Below, piece by piece: positions 37,096-46,112 of a DNA stretch of 64,000 bases. The notes beneath the pieces were generated by a model. It was not told the origin of the DNA, made no database searches, and worked only from the letters and a program-made list of their open reading frames with translations. The stretch is from Candidatus Hopanoidivorans cymbastelae (GTDB lineage Bacteria; Actinomycetota; Acidimicrobiia; Acidimicrobiales; Hopanoidiivorantaceae), in the NCBI GenBank assembly GCA_028283145.1, contig JAPYNY010000066.1:2171-66170 (forward strand), written 5' to 3'. The position numbers and the translations under genes were made by a program. The first letter of the stretch is position 1. Each line of letters starts with the position of its first letter.

Positions 37096-38167
37096 ACACG
37101 CACCCTTGGAGGAATTCCTCAACACCGACCACGAGGTGACTTGGGGACAGTGTGAGCAGTTGTCTCCGCTGGTGCGCCGTGTTACCGCCAACAACCCCAG
37201 CAAATTCACCTTCAAGGGCACTGGAACCTACATCATCGGCAGGGGCAAGGTAGCAGTCATAGACCCTGGCCCGTCAGACGATAAGCATATCAAGGCTGTC
37301 TTGGGTGCCGTTCGGGGTGAAGAAATAACGCATATCTTGGTCACCCACACACACCGAGATCATTCGCCTGCAACGACTGCGCTGGCCGAAGCTACAGGGG
37401 CCAGAACTTTTGGGTTCGGCCCCCATCCGGCTGACCCGCAGGACTATCCCTATGAATTCAACACAGGCAAAATTGGCTCAGAGGGCGATGGTGCGCAGCT
37501 GGGCACGGACACCTCACAGGCAACTAGAAAATCAGGTGGTAAGGAAGCAGGGGACACAGAGGTGACGACCGCGAAATCAGCGGACGATACAGAAAAATCA
37601 GGCGACACTGAATTCACCCCCCAGGAAACGCTCCGGCACGGCGATATAGTCCACGGCAAGGATTGGACTATTGAGTGTCTTTGCACACCTGGGCACATTT
37701 CCAATCACTTGTGTTTCGCTCTGGAACAGGAAAGCACCCTCTTCACGGGCGATCACATCATGGGCTGGTCTTCCACCATCATTCCTCCGCCTCATGGCAA
37801 CCTGGCTGCCTACCTAGACAGCCTTAGCCTGCTTTTAGCCAGGCGCGATACAACCTATTACCCCACTCACGGTCCCAGCATTCAAAAGTCGCCTAAGTTT
37901 TCGCCACAAGATTTTGTGCAAGCCATGCTGGGGCACCGAGAGCAGCGCACCGCACAAATCCTGCATCACCTGAAATCAATGCCAATGACCATAGCTAGCT
38001 TGGTGGCCCAAATGTATAGCGACAAGCCTAAAGAACTGCACCAACCGGCAGCCCAGTCGGTGCTGGCACATCTTGTTTTTCTGCTTGAGACAAACCGCAT
38101 TCAAGTCTTTCCGCCAGAAAACCAAGACGACCAAGCGCACTTGTTTGCCTTGGCCACGCCTTGCTAG
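37073..38167 (+). CDS. MBL-fold metallo-hydrolase with an internal acidic/Gly-rich insertion
   Basis: ILVTHTHRDH (HxHxDH), then TPGHISNHL. TTG start overlaps the upstream SDR by 23 nt. Confidence 0.75.
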   Translation: MANPAVSEHAPLEEFLNTDHEVTWGQCEQLSPLVRRVTANNPSKFTFKGTGTYIIGRGKVAVIDPGPSDDKHIKAVLGAVRGEEITHILVTHTHRDHSPATTALAEATGARTFGFGPHPADPQDYPYEFNTGKIGSEGDGAQLGTDTSQATRKSGGKEAGDTEVTTAKSADDTEKSGDTEFTPQETLRHGDIVHGKDWTIECLCTPGHISNHLCFALEQESTLFTGDHIMGWSSTIIPPPHGNLAAYLDSLSLLLARRDTTYYPTHGPSIQKSPKFSPQDFVQAMLGHREQRTAQILHHLKSMPMTIASLVAQMYSDKPKELHQPAAQSVLAHLVFLLETNRIQVFPPENQDDQAHLFALATPC

Positions 38168-38226
38168 TTTGACTTACTAGCTCGGACGTTTTGTCGGACA
38201 TTTTGCTGCCCCGAAACCCATGTAGC

Positions 38227-39531
38227 CTAGCCATTCACCACGCCAGGTTCCAACAAGTCGGCAAACTTCTCCCAAGCTGCCTGGCGCCGAGTCGGAACGT
38301 GCTCGCTGGGCCATCCCGTTACGGCCTCATATTCCTTGAGCGTCTTGCGAGCGATGGTGACCTTATGAACTTCGTCAGCCCCATCCAAAATACGCGACGC
38401 CCTGGCCACGCGATACATCTCTTCTAAGGGCAAATCGGTGGTGTAGCCCAAAGCTCCGTGTACCTGAATAGCCCGGTCGATAGCATTGAAGAGCATCTTG
38501 GTGGCATAGACCTTGATCATGGCTATCTCCACTCTTGAGGCCGACGATCCATAGGTGTCCATGTGCCAGGCAGCGTACATGCACAACATTTTGGTGGCTT
38601 CAATTTCTATTTTGGTGGAAGCGATGAAATCCTGAATCATCTGCTTCTCAGACAGCAGCGATCCATGAGCATACCTGGACAGCGCCCGCTCACACATCAT
38701 GTCAAAGGCTCGTCTAGCTTGCCCAATCCAACGCATGGCATGATGAATCCGACCAGGCCCCAGCCGCTTTTGCGCCAGCACAAAGCCATCTCCTGGCTGG
38801 CCGATCAGGTTTGCCTTGGACACTCTGGCATCGTTGTATCTGATCTCAGCATGACCGGCGGGCTGGCGGGCAAAAGGCGCATCGTAGGGATGGTGCATAT
38901 TGGCTACGTCACGCACTATCTCCACACCCGGCGTGTCCGTTGGAACCACCAGCATGGAACAGCCCTGGTAGGGGTGGACTTCAGGATTGGTTACCGCCAT
39001 GACAATGAGAAAATCAGCCACCGAGCCGTTGGATGTAAACCATTTGTGCCCTGAGATGACATACTCATCGCCATCTAGCACTGCTTGAGTTTGAATCAGC
39101 GTGGGGTCGGAACCGGCAACATCCGGCTCGGTCATGGAAAAAGCACTGCGTAATTCCCCGTTCAACAAAGGGGTGAGCCACTTGCGTTTTTGTTTTTCGT
39201 TGCCGCCGATGGCTAGCAATTCGGCATTACCACTGTCGGGAGCAGCATTGCCAAAAATAGCAGGAGCGATAAAAGAACGCCCAAGTATCTCATGCATCAG
39301 CGCCAGCTTCACCTGTCCATAACCCTGTCCGCCCAACTCAGGGTCTAGATGGCAAGCCCACAGGCCTCGGTTTTTGACTTCTTGCTTCAGAGGGGCTGTG
39401 AGTGCTCTCCACTGCTGCCCATTCAACTCCTCCACCAGGGTTTCAAGCGGCAGAATTTCCTCGCTGAGAAAGTTCTGCATCCAGTCCAGCTTCTCTTGGA
39501 ATTCGGGCTCTGTCGAAAAATCCCACGCCAC
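38227..39531 (-). CDS. Acyl-CoA dehydrogenase
   Basis: FSMTEPDVAGSDPT, GHKWFTSNG, C-terminal ACAD helices. Confidence 0.85.
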   Translation of the reverse strand: MAWDFSTEPEFQEKLDWMQNFLSEEILPLETLVEELNGQQWRALTAPLKQEVKNRGLWACHLDPELGGQGYGQVKLALMHEILGRSFIAPAIFGNAAPDSGNAELLAIGGNEKQKRKWLTPLLNGELRSAFSMTEPDVAGSDPTLIQTQAVLDGDEYVISGHKWFTSNGSVADFLIVMAVTNPEVHPYQGCSMLVVPTDTPGVEIVRDVANMHHPYDAPFARQPAGHAEIRYNDARVSKANLIGQPGDGFVLAQKRLGPGRIHHAMRWIGQARRAFDMMCERALSRYAHGSLLSEKQMIQDFIASTKIEIEATKMLCMYAAWHMDTYGSSASRVEIAMIKVYATKMLFNAIDRAIQVHGALGYTTDLPLEEMYRVARASRILDGADEVHKVTIARKTLKEYEAVTGWPSEHVPTRRQAAWEKFADLLEPGVVNG

Positions 39532-39581
39532 GCTCTGCTGTCTCCTTTGGCTTTCTTTCGGCTTGCTCTAGGCTTTTCGGC

Positions 39582-40718
39582 TCAGCCCACAGCCTTGCGC
39601 TCGCGCAACTGCTCGATCTGGGCCGTCTCATAGCCCAACTCTGCCAGCACCTCATCGGTAGCTTCGCCCGAAGTGTCAGATTCTTGGGCTGGTTCAGCCG
39701 GGGTTGCGCTCCAGCGCGGCGCGGGGAACGGCTGGCTCTGCCCGCAGGTGTCAAAGAATGCAGCTCGCTGTTTGGCTTGGGGGTGCTCGCGGGTCTCCCC
39801 CATGGTCAGCACTGGCGATACACACGCATCGGTGCCGTCAAAGACTTCCTGCCATTGCTGACTGGTCTTAGACTTGAAAATCGCCGCGAACTTGGCTTTC
39901 ATTTCCGGCCAGGAATTCCGATCCATCTGGTGGGGCAAATCTGCTTCGCTCAAACCCAAGCCCAGCAACAGCGCGGCGTAAAAGGGAGGTTCAATGGCTC
40001 CCACTGCCAGCCATTTACGATCGGCTGTCTCATAGACGTCATAAAAATGAGCCCCGGAATCCAACATGTTGGTACCCCGCTCATCAGCCCAGAAACCAGA
40101 GTTGTGGGCGGCATAGAGGGGAGACAACAGATAAGCAGCGCCATCAACCATGGCAGCATCCACAACTTGACCTTCGCCTCCTTTGGCTACATGCAGCAGG
40201 GCAGCGCAGATCCCCAACACCACAAAAGCCGAGCCACCTCCAAAATCGCCAATTAGGTTCAACGGGACGCTGGGAGGCTGACCTTGCCTACCGATGTGGG
40301 CCAGTGGCCCAGCCAAGGAGATGTAGTTGATATCGTGGCCTGCGCTTGTGGCTAGCGGGCCTTGCTGTCCCCAGCCAGTCATCCTGGCATAGACCAGCTT
40401 GGGATTGCGACTGAGGCACTCCTGGGGGCCGACTCCTAGCCGTTCAGCTACCTGGGCTCGAAACCCTTCCAGCAGCACTTGGGCTGTTTCCACTAGCCTC
40501 AGGACAACTTCTGCTCCTTCAGGCTGCTTTAGATCTACTTGAACAGAGCGTTTGCCTCGCTCCATAGGCCCTGATGAGGAGGCGACAGGGTTGGTTGAAC
40601 CTCCCACACGGTCAATCCTGATGACCTCTGCCCCCATGTCTGAGAGCATCATGCCGGCAAACGGAGTGGGTCCGATGCCGGCTAGCTCAATGACTCGAAT
40701 GCCGTTCAGCGGGCCCAC
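39582..40718 (-). CDS. Family III CoA-transferase (alpha-methylacyl-CoA racemase-like)
   Basis: N-terminal LNGIRVIELAGIGPTPFAGMMLSDMGAEVIRIDR, 378 aa. Confidence 0.8.
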   Translation of the reverse strand: MGPLNGIRVIELAGIGPTPFAGMMLSDMGAEVIRIDRVGGSTNPVASSSGPMERGKRSVQVDLKQPEGAEVVLRLVETAQVLLEGFRAQVAERLGVGPQECLSRNPKLVYARMTGWGQQGPLATSAGHDINYISLAGPLAHIGRQGQPPSVPLNLIGDFGGGSAFVVLGICAALLHVAKGGEGQVVDAAMVDGAAYLLSPLYAAHNSGFWADERGTNMLDSGAHFYDVYETADRKWLAVGAIEPPFYAALLLGLGLSEADLPHQMDRNSWPEMKAKFAAIFKSKTSQQWQEVFDGTDACVSPVLTMGETREHPQAKQRAAFFDTCGQSQPFPAPRWSATPAEPAQESDTSGEATDEVLAELGYETAQIEQLRERKAVG

Positions 40719-40727
40719 AGGTTTGGG

Positions 40728-41600
40728 TTATTCCTCCATATCGTGCATCCAGCAGAAGCTGAAGGCTGCGCCCTGCGGGTCTAGCATCGTGGCAAATCTG
40801 CCGCCTGGGATGTCCATCGGCCCCACAAGGCTCATCGCCCCAAGTTCTTGCGCCTTGCTGTGGGTGGCGTCCACATCTTTGGCTGCAAAATATACAGCCC
40901 AGTGGGGTGGCATAGACTCAGCGCCTGGAGCATCGGCAGGAATGGTCATGCCTCCGGCTACAGGTTGCTCATTCAGTTTGAATTCTGTGTAGCCCATGGG
41001 GGTTTCCGTGTGTTCGAATGGCTGCCAGCCGAAGACCTCTTGGTAAAACGGCAATACCTCTTTGATGTCGGTGGGAAGATTCAGTTCACTCCAGCAATAG
41101 GTTCCGGGCTCATTTACGATGGTTGCACCAATGTGTGCCATTGGCTCCCAAAGACAAAGCGCGGCACCAGCAGGGTCCATGAACACAGCCATCTTGCCGA
41201 CCGTCTCACCGCTCAGCGGGGTAACTTCCATGGGCTCCATCATGATATGTCCACCTGCTGCTGTGACTCTGGTGGCGGCGTCTTGTATGTCATCCACCGA
41301 GACATAAGTTGCCCAAAATGACATCTCTGGGGGTGCTTCCGTATCGGGAGCAGCCATTTTCATATCCGCAGGCGGCTCATCAGCGGGAGGCATTTGCATA
41401 GGTGACATCATGGCTGCGATGGGGTTTTCCAAGTCGCCCTTGGGAAAACACATCGTATAGATAGCGTTTTCGGTGGCCGCATTGCCCACAAAGTCCCAGC
41501 CAAAAAGCTCTCCGTAGAACTGCTTCGACCCTTCGACATCGGTGCTAGTCAATTCCACCCAGCATGGAGTTCCGGATTCGTTGCTACTGCGTTTACTCAT
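40728..41600 (-). CDS. Two-domain VOC (glyoxalase/bleomycin resistance/dioxygenase) family protein
   Basis: Two repeats of CW.EL...D......FY.E.FGW separated by a Met/Pro-rich linker. Confidence 0.75.
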   Translation of the reverse strand: MSKRSSNESGTPCWVELTSTDVEGSKQFYGELFGWDFVGNAATENAIYTMCFPKGDLENPIAAMMSPMQMPPADEPPADMKMAAPDTEAPPEMSFWATYVSVDDIQDAATRVTAAGGHIMMEPMEVTPLSGETVGKMAVFMDPAGAALCLWEPMAHIGATIVNEPGTYCWSELNLPTDIKEVLPFYQEVFGWQPFEHTETPMGYTEFKLNEQPVAGGMTIPADAPGAESMPPHWAVYFAAKDVDATHSKAQELGAMSLVGPMDIPGGRFATMLDPQGAAFSFCWMHDMEE

Positions 41601-41740
41601 TATTTGCTCCTTTTCTTGAGGATTGCATTTTAAAAATTTAGCTGATATTTATCAGCTGAAGCTGAATTTATCAACCCCTTTCTCTCGGTGATGACACAGC
41701 TAACACGACTAGCTCGCTCCTAGCTCCCAGCCCTAAGTAA

Positions 41741-42673
41741 TCAGGCACGCTGGCTAGACACAGACACCACTTCGCCGGTCATATACGAAGACAAGTCGCT
41801 AGCCAAGAAAACCATCACATTCGCTACTTCCCAAACCTCAGCAGGGCGCCCGAAGGCCTCCTTGTCGGTCAACTCTGCCAGCAGTTCTTCAGTGGTGACT
41901 TTAGCCAAGAAAGGATGCATGGCCAGACTGGGCGCCACGCAGTTGACCCGCACGCCAGCTTCGGCAGCCTCCATAGCGGCACATCGGGTCAAAGCCATCA
42001 CCCCGGCTTTGGCGGCAGCGTAGTGGCATTGTCCCGCTTGGGCTCTCCAACCCAGCACAGATGAGTTGTTCACAATCACACCGCTGCGTCTGGGCATCAT
42101 GTGTCGCAAAGCCGCTCTCGTGCAGCGCATGGTGCCAGTCAGGGTGATGTCTACCACTTTGAACCACTGCTCGTCGGTCATCTCCGTCAGATTGGCCGTG
42201 CCGCCCAGACCGGCGTTGTTGATCATGACGTCAATGCGTCCCATCTCCGTTTCGGCCACATCCACCAGCTTTTGCACATCTCGCTCCGAAGTCACATCGC
42301 AAAGCACGCCGACCACCTTGGAGTCTCGTATAGCTGCCAACTCCTCCCCTGCGGCAGCCAGGCGCTGCCTGTGGATGTCGCTTATAACCACGTCAGCCCC
42401 TTCTTCTACGCAACGTCTGGCTACGGCGTTGCCGATGCCCGATCCGGCAGCTGCCGTGATGACCACACGTTTGCCTTCCAGCAGATTTCTGGAGGGTGGA
42501 TATTCGGGGGCAACGGGCGCAAAATCTGCCGTGGGAACAGAGGTTGATGACGCAGGGGACGCACCGGTTGCTTGCGACACGTCGGCTTCTTGTGGCAAAC
42601 CAACCGCAGGCACGGATTCAGCTTCCCGCGGCGCACCAGCTCGCGGCGCAGGCTCGGGTGTGATTTGGCTCAT
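41741..42673 (-). CDS. SDR family oxidoreductase
   Basis: VVITAAAGSGIGNAVA, NNAGLGG, YAAAKAGV. I moved the start to ATG 42673, which removes the overlap with the upstream gene. Confidence 0.8.
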   Translation of the reverse strand: MSQITPEPAPRAGAPREAESVPAVGLPQEADVSQATGASPASSTSVPTADFAPVAPEYPPSRNLLEGKRVVITAAAGSGIGNAVARRCVEEGADVVISDIHRQRLAAAGEELAAIRDSKVVGVLCDVTSERDVQKLVDVAETEMGRIDVMINNAGLGGTANLTEMTDEQWFKVVDITLTGTMRCTRAALRHMMPRRSGVIVNNSSVLGWRAQAGQCHYAAAKAGVMALTRCAAMEAAEAGVRVNCVAPSLAMHPFLAKVTTEELLAELTDKEAFGRPAEVWEVANVMVFLASDLSSYMTGEVVSVSSQRA

Positions 42674-42716
42674 CGGCACAGTCCTCGCTTTGGCGCCTCG
42701 CTTTGGCACAGCCTCA

Positions 42717-43628
42717 CTATTGATTTGGACGGCTGCCCGCCAGAGCATCTTGACGGCGACGCTCAACTTCCACCATGAAAGGATGCACTTCCTGACCGAC
42801 TTCGTCAAACCGGGCCACAATGTCGTCCACACTCCACTGGTCTGTAGCAGCCCGCATCTCCCGTATTTCTACTGTCTGATTCCAAACGGCGATCTTATTG
42901 CCTGTAATCGTATACATCTGAGCTGTTACATCTTTGCTGGCGTCAGACAGCAGATACACCACCATCGGCGCCACGTCCTCTGGCTCCCCCATGTCGGACA
43001 TCTCAGTCGGCACACCAGCCGACATCCGCGTTCGTGCAATGGGAGCCACGGCGTTGGCCCTCACCCCATAGCGTGACAATCCCAGCGCCGCGCTACGGGT
43101 CAACCCCACGATGCCAGACTTGGCAGCAGCATAGTTGGCTTGAGAGACACTGCCTGTATGGGCTCCGGAAGTGAATGCCACCAGCGAACCGCCCGTGTCT
43201 TGTTTGCGCATGATGGCAGAAGCATGGCGAAAGACCGTGAAGTGCCCCTTCAGGTGCACCCGAATGACATCATCAAATTCCTCTTCGGTCATGTTGAAAA
43301 GCATCCGCTCGCGCAATATGCCTGCCACGCAGACAGCGCCGTCGATAGAACCCCACCGGCCCACAGCCATCCGCACGGCCCCTTCGGCAACCGACATGTC
43401 TGAGATATCACCAGCTACACTCACAGCCTCACCGCCAGCTGCTTGGATTTCAGCCACCACAGCATCGGCAACTTCGCTGGTGGGGTCGCTTCCATCTTGA
43501 GCTACGCCATAATCACAGACAACCACTCTGGCGCCCTCCTGCGCGCAGCGCAGAGCAACCGCCCGGCCAATGCCTCGCCCAGCTCCCGTTACCAGAACGT
43601 TTTTGCCTTCCAAATGTTTTTTGCTCAC
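42717..43628 (-). CDS. SDR family oxidoreductase (3-hydroxyacyl-CoA dehydrogenase-like)
   Basis: NVLVTGAGRGIGRAVAL, YAAAKSGI. I moved the start to GTG 43628, preceded by a perfect AGGAGG (plus-strand cctcct 43635-43640) at 6-nt spacing. Confidence 0.85.
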   Translation of the reverse strand: MSKKHLEGKNVLVTGAGRGIGRAVALRCAQEGARVVVCDYGVAQDGSDPTSEVADAVVAEIQAAGGEAVSVAGDISDMSVAEGAVRMAVGRWGSIDGAVCVAGILRERMLFNMTEEEFDDVIRVHLKGHFTVFRHASAIMRKQDTGGSLVAFTSGAHTGSVSQANYAAAKSGIVGLTRSAALGLSRYGVRANAVAPIARTRMSAGVPTEMSDMGEPEDVAPMVVYLLSDASKDVTAQMYTITGNKIAVWNQTVEIREMRAATDQWSVDDIVARFDEVGQEVHPFMVEVERRRQDALAGSRPNQ

Positions 43629-43674
43629 AATTGACCTCCTGATTTTTTGCGATTTTTGACTTGGTTTTTTCGGC

Positions 43675-44610
43675 TTGTTTTTTAAAGCTAATCTAGCGGT
43701 TGATGGCACATCAGTCTTTTGGAACAACTTCAAGCGGGCAAGCGGCGTGAACTCATCTGGGGGTACGCAGCCCAGGAGTGAGGCGGCACAGCCCAAAGAC
43801 AGCATTACCCAAGCCAAGGGCAACAACGCGCAGGCCAAGGGCCGCCTGTCTGGGGAAACTGCCCTAATCACCGGTGCCACTTCAGGATTGGGCAAGGCTT
43901 TGGCATTGAGGTTCGCGGCGGAAGGAGCGCAGGTAGTGGTGGCTGGGCGCAACGCTGAGCGGGGTGAAGCTGTTTGCCGAACTATTGAATCTGGTGGTGG
44001 TGAAGCTGTTTTCGTAGCCGTGGATCTGCTGTCTGATACTTGTGGCGATGACCTTGTGAGACAGGCGTTGGATCAATTCGGGCAACTCACAATTCTGGTC
44101 AACAACGCAGTTGACTTGGAAGGCGACGGGCCTGTAACTGAAAACACTGCTGAGACTTGGAGCAGAATCCTGCGTGTGAACGTTACAGCCGCTGGCTTGA
44201 TCTGCCGTGCAGCCATACCAGCCATGCAACAAGCTGGTAGGGGCTCCATTCTGAATATTTCTTCACGCACGGCCGAACGGGCTTCCCCAAAGCTGGCAGC
44301 CTACACCGCCGCCAAAGGGGCTCTCAATGCGCTGACCCGCTCCATTGCGCTGGACTACGCCCACGAAGGTATCCGCTGCAATACCGTTCAGTTGGGCTAC
44401 ATTCTTCACGCAACCCGAGACGCCAGCAACTCACCCCAGCGCAAGGCCGAAATTGAAGCGATGGGTTTGACGCGGCCCGCCACAGCCGATGACGTCTGCC
44501 ACGCCTGTGTATATTTGGCTAGCCGCGAAGCTGAAGTCATCACCGGGATAACCCTGAATGTTGACAGCGGTTCAACCGCAGCTAGAGCCCGTAGCTTTGA
44601 CGCGCCCTAG
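43675..44610 (+). CDS. SDR family oxidoreductase
   Basis: ALITGATSGLGKALA, NNAV, YTAAKGAL. The start is uncertain (TTG 43675 or GTG 43747). Confidence 0.8.
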   Translation: MFFKANLAVDGTSVFWNNFKRASGVNSSGGTQPRSEAAQPKDSITQAKGNNAQAKGRLSGETALITGATSGLGKALALRFAAEGAQVVVAGRNAERGEAVCRTIESGGGEAVFVAVDLLSDTCGDDLVRQALDQFGQLTILVNNAVDLEGDGPVTENTAETWSRILRVNVTAAGLICRAAIPAMQQAGRGSILNISSRTAERASPKLAAYTAAKGALNALTRSIALDYAHEGIRCNTVQLGYILHATRDASNSPQRKAEIEAMGLTRPATADDVCHACVYLASREAEVITGITLNVDSGSTAARARSFDAP

Positions 44611-44680
44611 CCTTGGCCCGCTTCAGCCTGCCACTGCTTGTTTGCAGTGCGCCCGCAGAAAAACGAATTACCTAGCAGCT

Positions 44681-45970
44681 CTAAGCTAGAGCGTCGGCAA
44701 TTCTCTGGGAATTTACCCTCATTAGCTTGAGGTAGCTGTCGGCTTCTCCACCTGATTCGGAAAGCGTCTCAGTGTATAGCGATACGGCTTGCACGCCTGC
44801 TCGTTCTGCAAAGTTTTGAACGTCTGAGTTGTCGCCTGATACATCCACAAAAATGGCTTTGACTCCCACTTCTTGAATGGCCTCTTCCAACTCGATCGTA
44901 TTTCTGATGTCTGCCTCAGCCAAAGTAGATGTGGAAGGAATGAGGCTGCCCAGGATTGTGTAGCCATACCTGTCGGCCAGACGTTCCAAAGTCTGATGTT
45001 GGGTTACAAGTATTCGGCTTGCCTCTGGGACACTGAGTAGTCTCTCACTGACAAAACTCTCCGTTTCTTCCAGTTCAGCCAGATAGCTCTCTGTGCAGTT
45101 TTCTAAGGCTTCTGCGTCGGAGACTAGGGGAGAAAGTTCTCCAGCTATTTGCTCCACTGCCTCCTCCACAATGTGGAAATCAAACCAAAGGTGGGGGTCG
45201 TCGCCATCATCGGAGTGGCCATGTTCATCGCCATGGCTATCTTCGTCTTCCTCATCATCGTGATCATCATGCCCCTCCTCTTCATCTTCCTCATCGCCAT
45301 GGCCGTCTTCATCTTCCTCATCGATGCCTTCCTCCTCATCATCATGATCATCATGCCCCTCCTCTTCGTCCTCCTCATCGCCATGGCCGTCTTCATCCTC
45401 CTCATCGTCGTGTTCATCTTCCTCAGCCAAATCGGAAATCATTAGAGCATCATCTGGGATATTGGGGTTGTCAAGCAGAGTCTCCTCAAGGTTGAAGCCG
45501 TTTACCACTACCAAATCTGCGTTCTGTAGCGCAATGATGTCTTGAGGCACCGGTTCATAATGGTGCGGATCGGAACCGGAGGGGATAATTGTTGTAACAT
45601 CAACTTGCCCGCAAGTCATATCTTCCACCACACTGGCCCAGATGTCAATGGTTGCTGCCACTTGAGGTCGGGCGGCGTCTTGCTCTGTCTCTGCTTGTCT
45701 AGCCTCTGGCTGAGTGGTGGAAGGCGCCACCTGAGTGGTGGAGGTCACTTCCTGAGTGGTGGAAGGTGCCACCTGGTTAGCCTCATCTTCGGACTCACCA
45801 CAAGCTGCGGCGACGAGGGCAATCACCCCAAAAATCAGGGCGGCTGCAGTGAGTTTGAGCTTAAGCCCGCCAAAATACTGCTTCGGCCTGACTTCGTTGG
45901 TTTTGCGCCTAGCTGAATCGTTGCTAGATGCTGGCTGGCTAACTGGTGTGTTTGCAAACATGGCTGACAT
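44681..45970 (-). CDS. znuA: ZnuA/TroA-family metal ABC transporter substrate-binding lipoprotein with a very long acidic/His-rich loop
   Basis: LVAAACGESEDE lipobox-like signal, DPHHYEP and DPHLWFD motifs of cluster-9 SBPs, and a ~90 aa D/E/H loop. I chose the start ATG 45970 after aaggag. Confidence 0.75.
   Translation of the reverse strand: MSAMFANTPVSQPASSNDSARRKTNEVRPKQYFGGLKLKLTAAALIFGVIALVAAACGESEDEANQVAPSTTQEVTSTTQVAPSTTQPEARQAETEQDAARPQVAATIDIWASVVEDMTCGQVDVTTIIPSGSDPHHYEPVPQDIIALQNADLVVVNGFNLEETLLDNPNIPDDALMISDLAEEDEHDDEEDEDGHGDEEDEEEGHDDHDDEEEGIDEEDEDGHGDEEDEEEGHDDHDDEEDEDSHGDEHGHSDDGDDPHLWFDFHIVEEAVEQIAGELSPLVSDAEALENCTESYLAELEETESFVSERLLSVPEASRILVTQHQTLERLADRYGYTILGSLIPSTSTLAEADIRNTIELEEAIQEVGVKAIFVDVSGDNSDVQNFAERAGVQAVSLYTETLSESGGEADSYLKLMRVNSQRIADALA
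45261..45428. repeat. 84-bp (28-codon) tandem duplication inside the znuA His/Asp/Glu loop
   Basis: tgatcatcatgcccctcctcttc... recurs at offset 84 (45261 and 45345). At the protein level, DEEDEDGHGDEEDEEEGHDDHDDEE occurs twice. Confidence 0.8.
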
Positions 45971-46112
45971 TGTCTCCTTTGTCTTTTGTTTTGGTATTGG
46001 TTCTGGTATTGTCCAAGACTCACTAACATTGAGTATAGAAAAAAAATACAAATTCCAACATCCAACCCCAACCCAAAATCTTGGACAGCTTCAACCTATT
46101 TCTTCACAAAAA

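Noticed and set aside
41640-41657. Palindrome AGCTGATA-TT-TATCAGCT between the SDR stop and the VOC gene start. Also ACCAATTGGT at 20293-20302 and the hairpin GCATAAA-N8-TTTATGC at 20435-20456 just before the murJ ATG.
   Set aside because: Inverted repeats of 7-10 bp are expected several times by chance in 64 kb. None recurs elsewhere in the window and none is followed by a clean U-tract, so I do not call them operators or terminators.
42674-43952. Long N-terminal extensions of the two SDR ORFs (track starts 42832 and 43952).
   Set aside because: The extensions overlap neighbouring genes and are low-complexity. Internal starts (ATG 42673, and GTG 43628 with a perfect AGGAGG) place the TGxxxGxG motif at the usual distance from the N-terminus.
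45145-45445. ORFs 45145-45417 (-) and 45149-45445 (+) across the znuA acidic/His loop.
   Set aside because: These are alternative-frame artefacts of the GAT/GAA/CAT-rich repeat. The znuA frame carries the recognisable SBP motifs on both sides.
45756-46112. Track start of the ABC ATPase ORF at 45756 (119 extra N-terminal codons).
   Set aside because: The extension runs antisense through the znuA 5' end and signal peptide. ATG 46113 gives a normal divergent znuA | znuCB layout.
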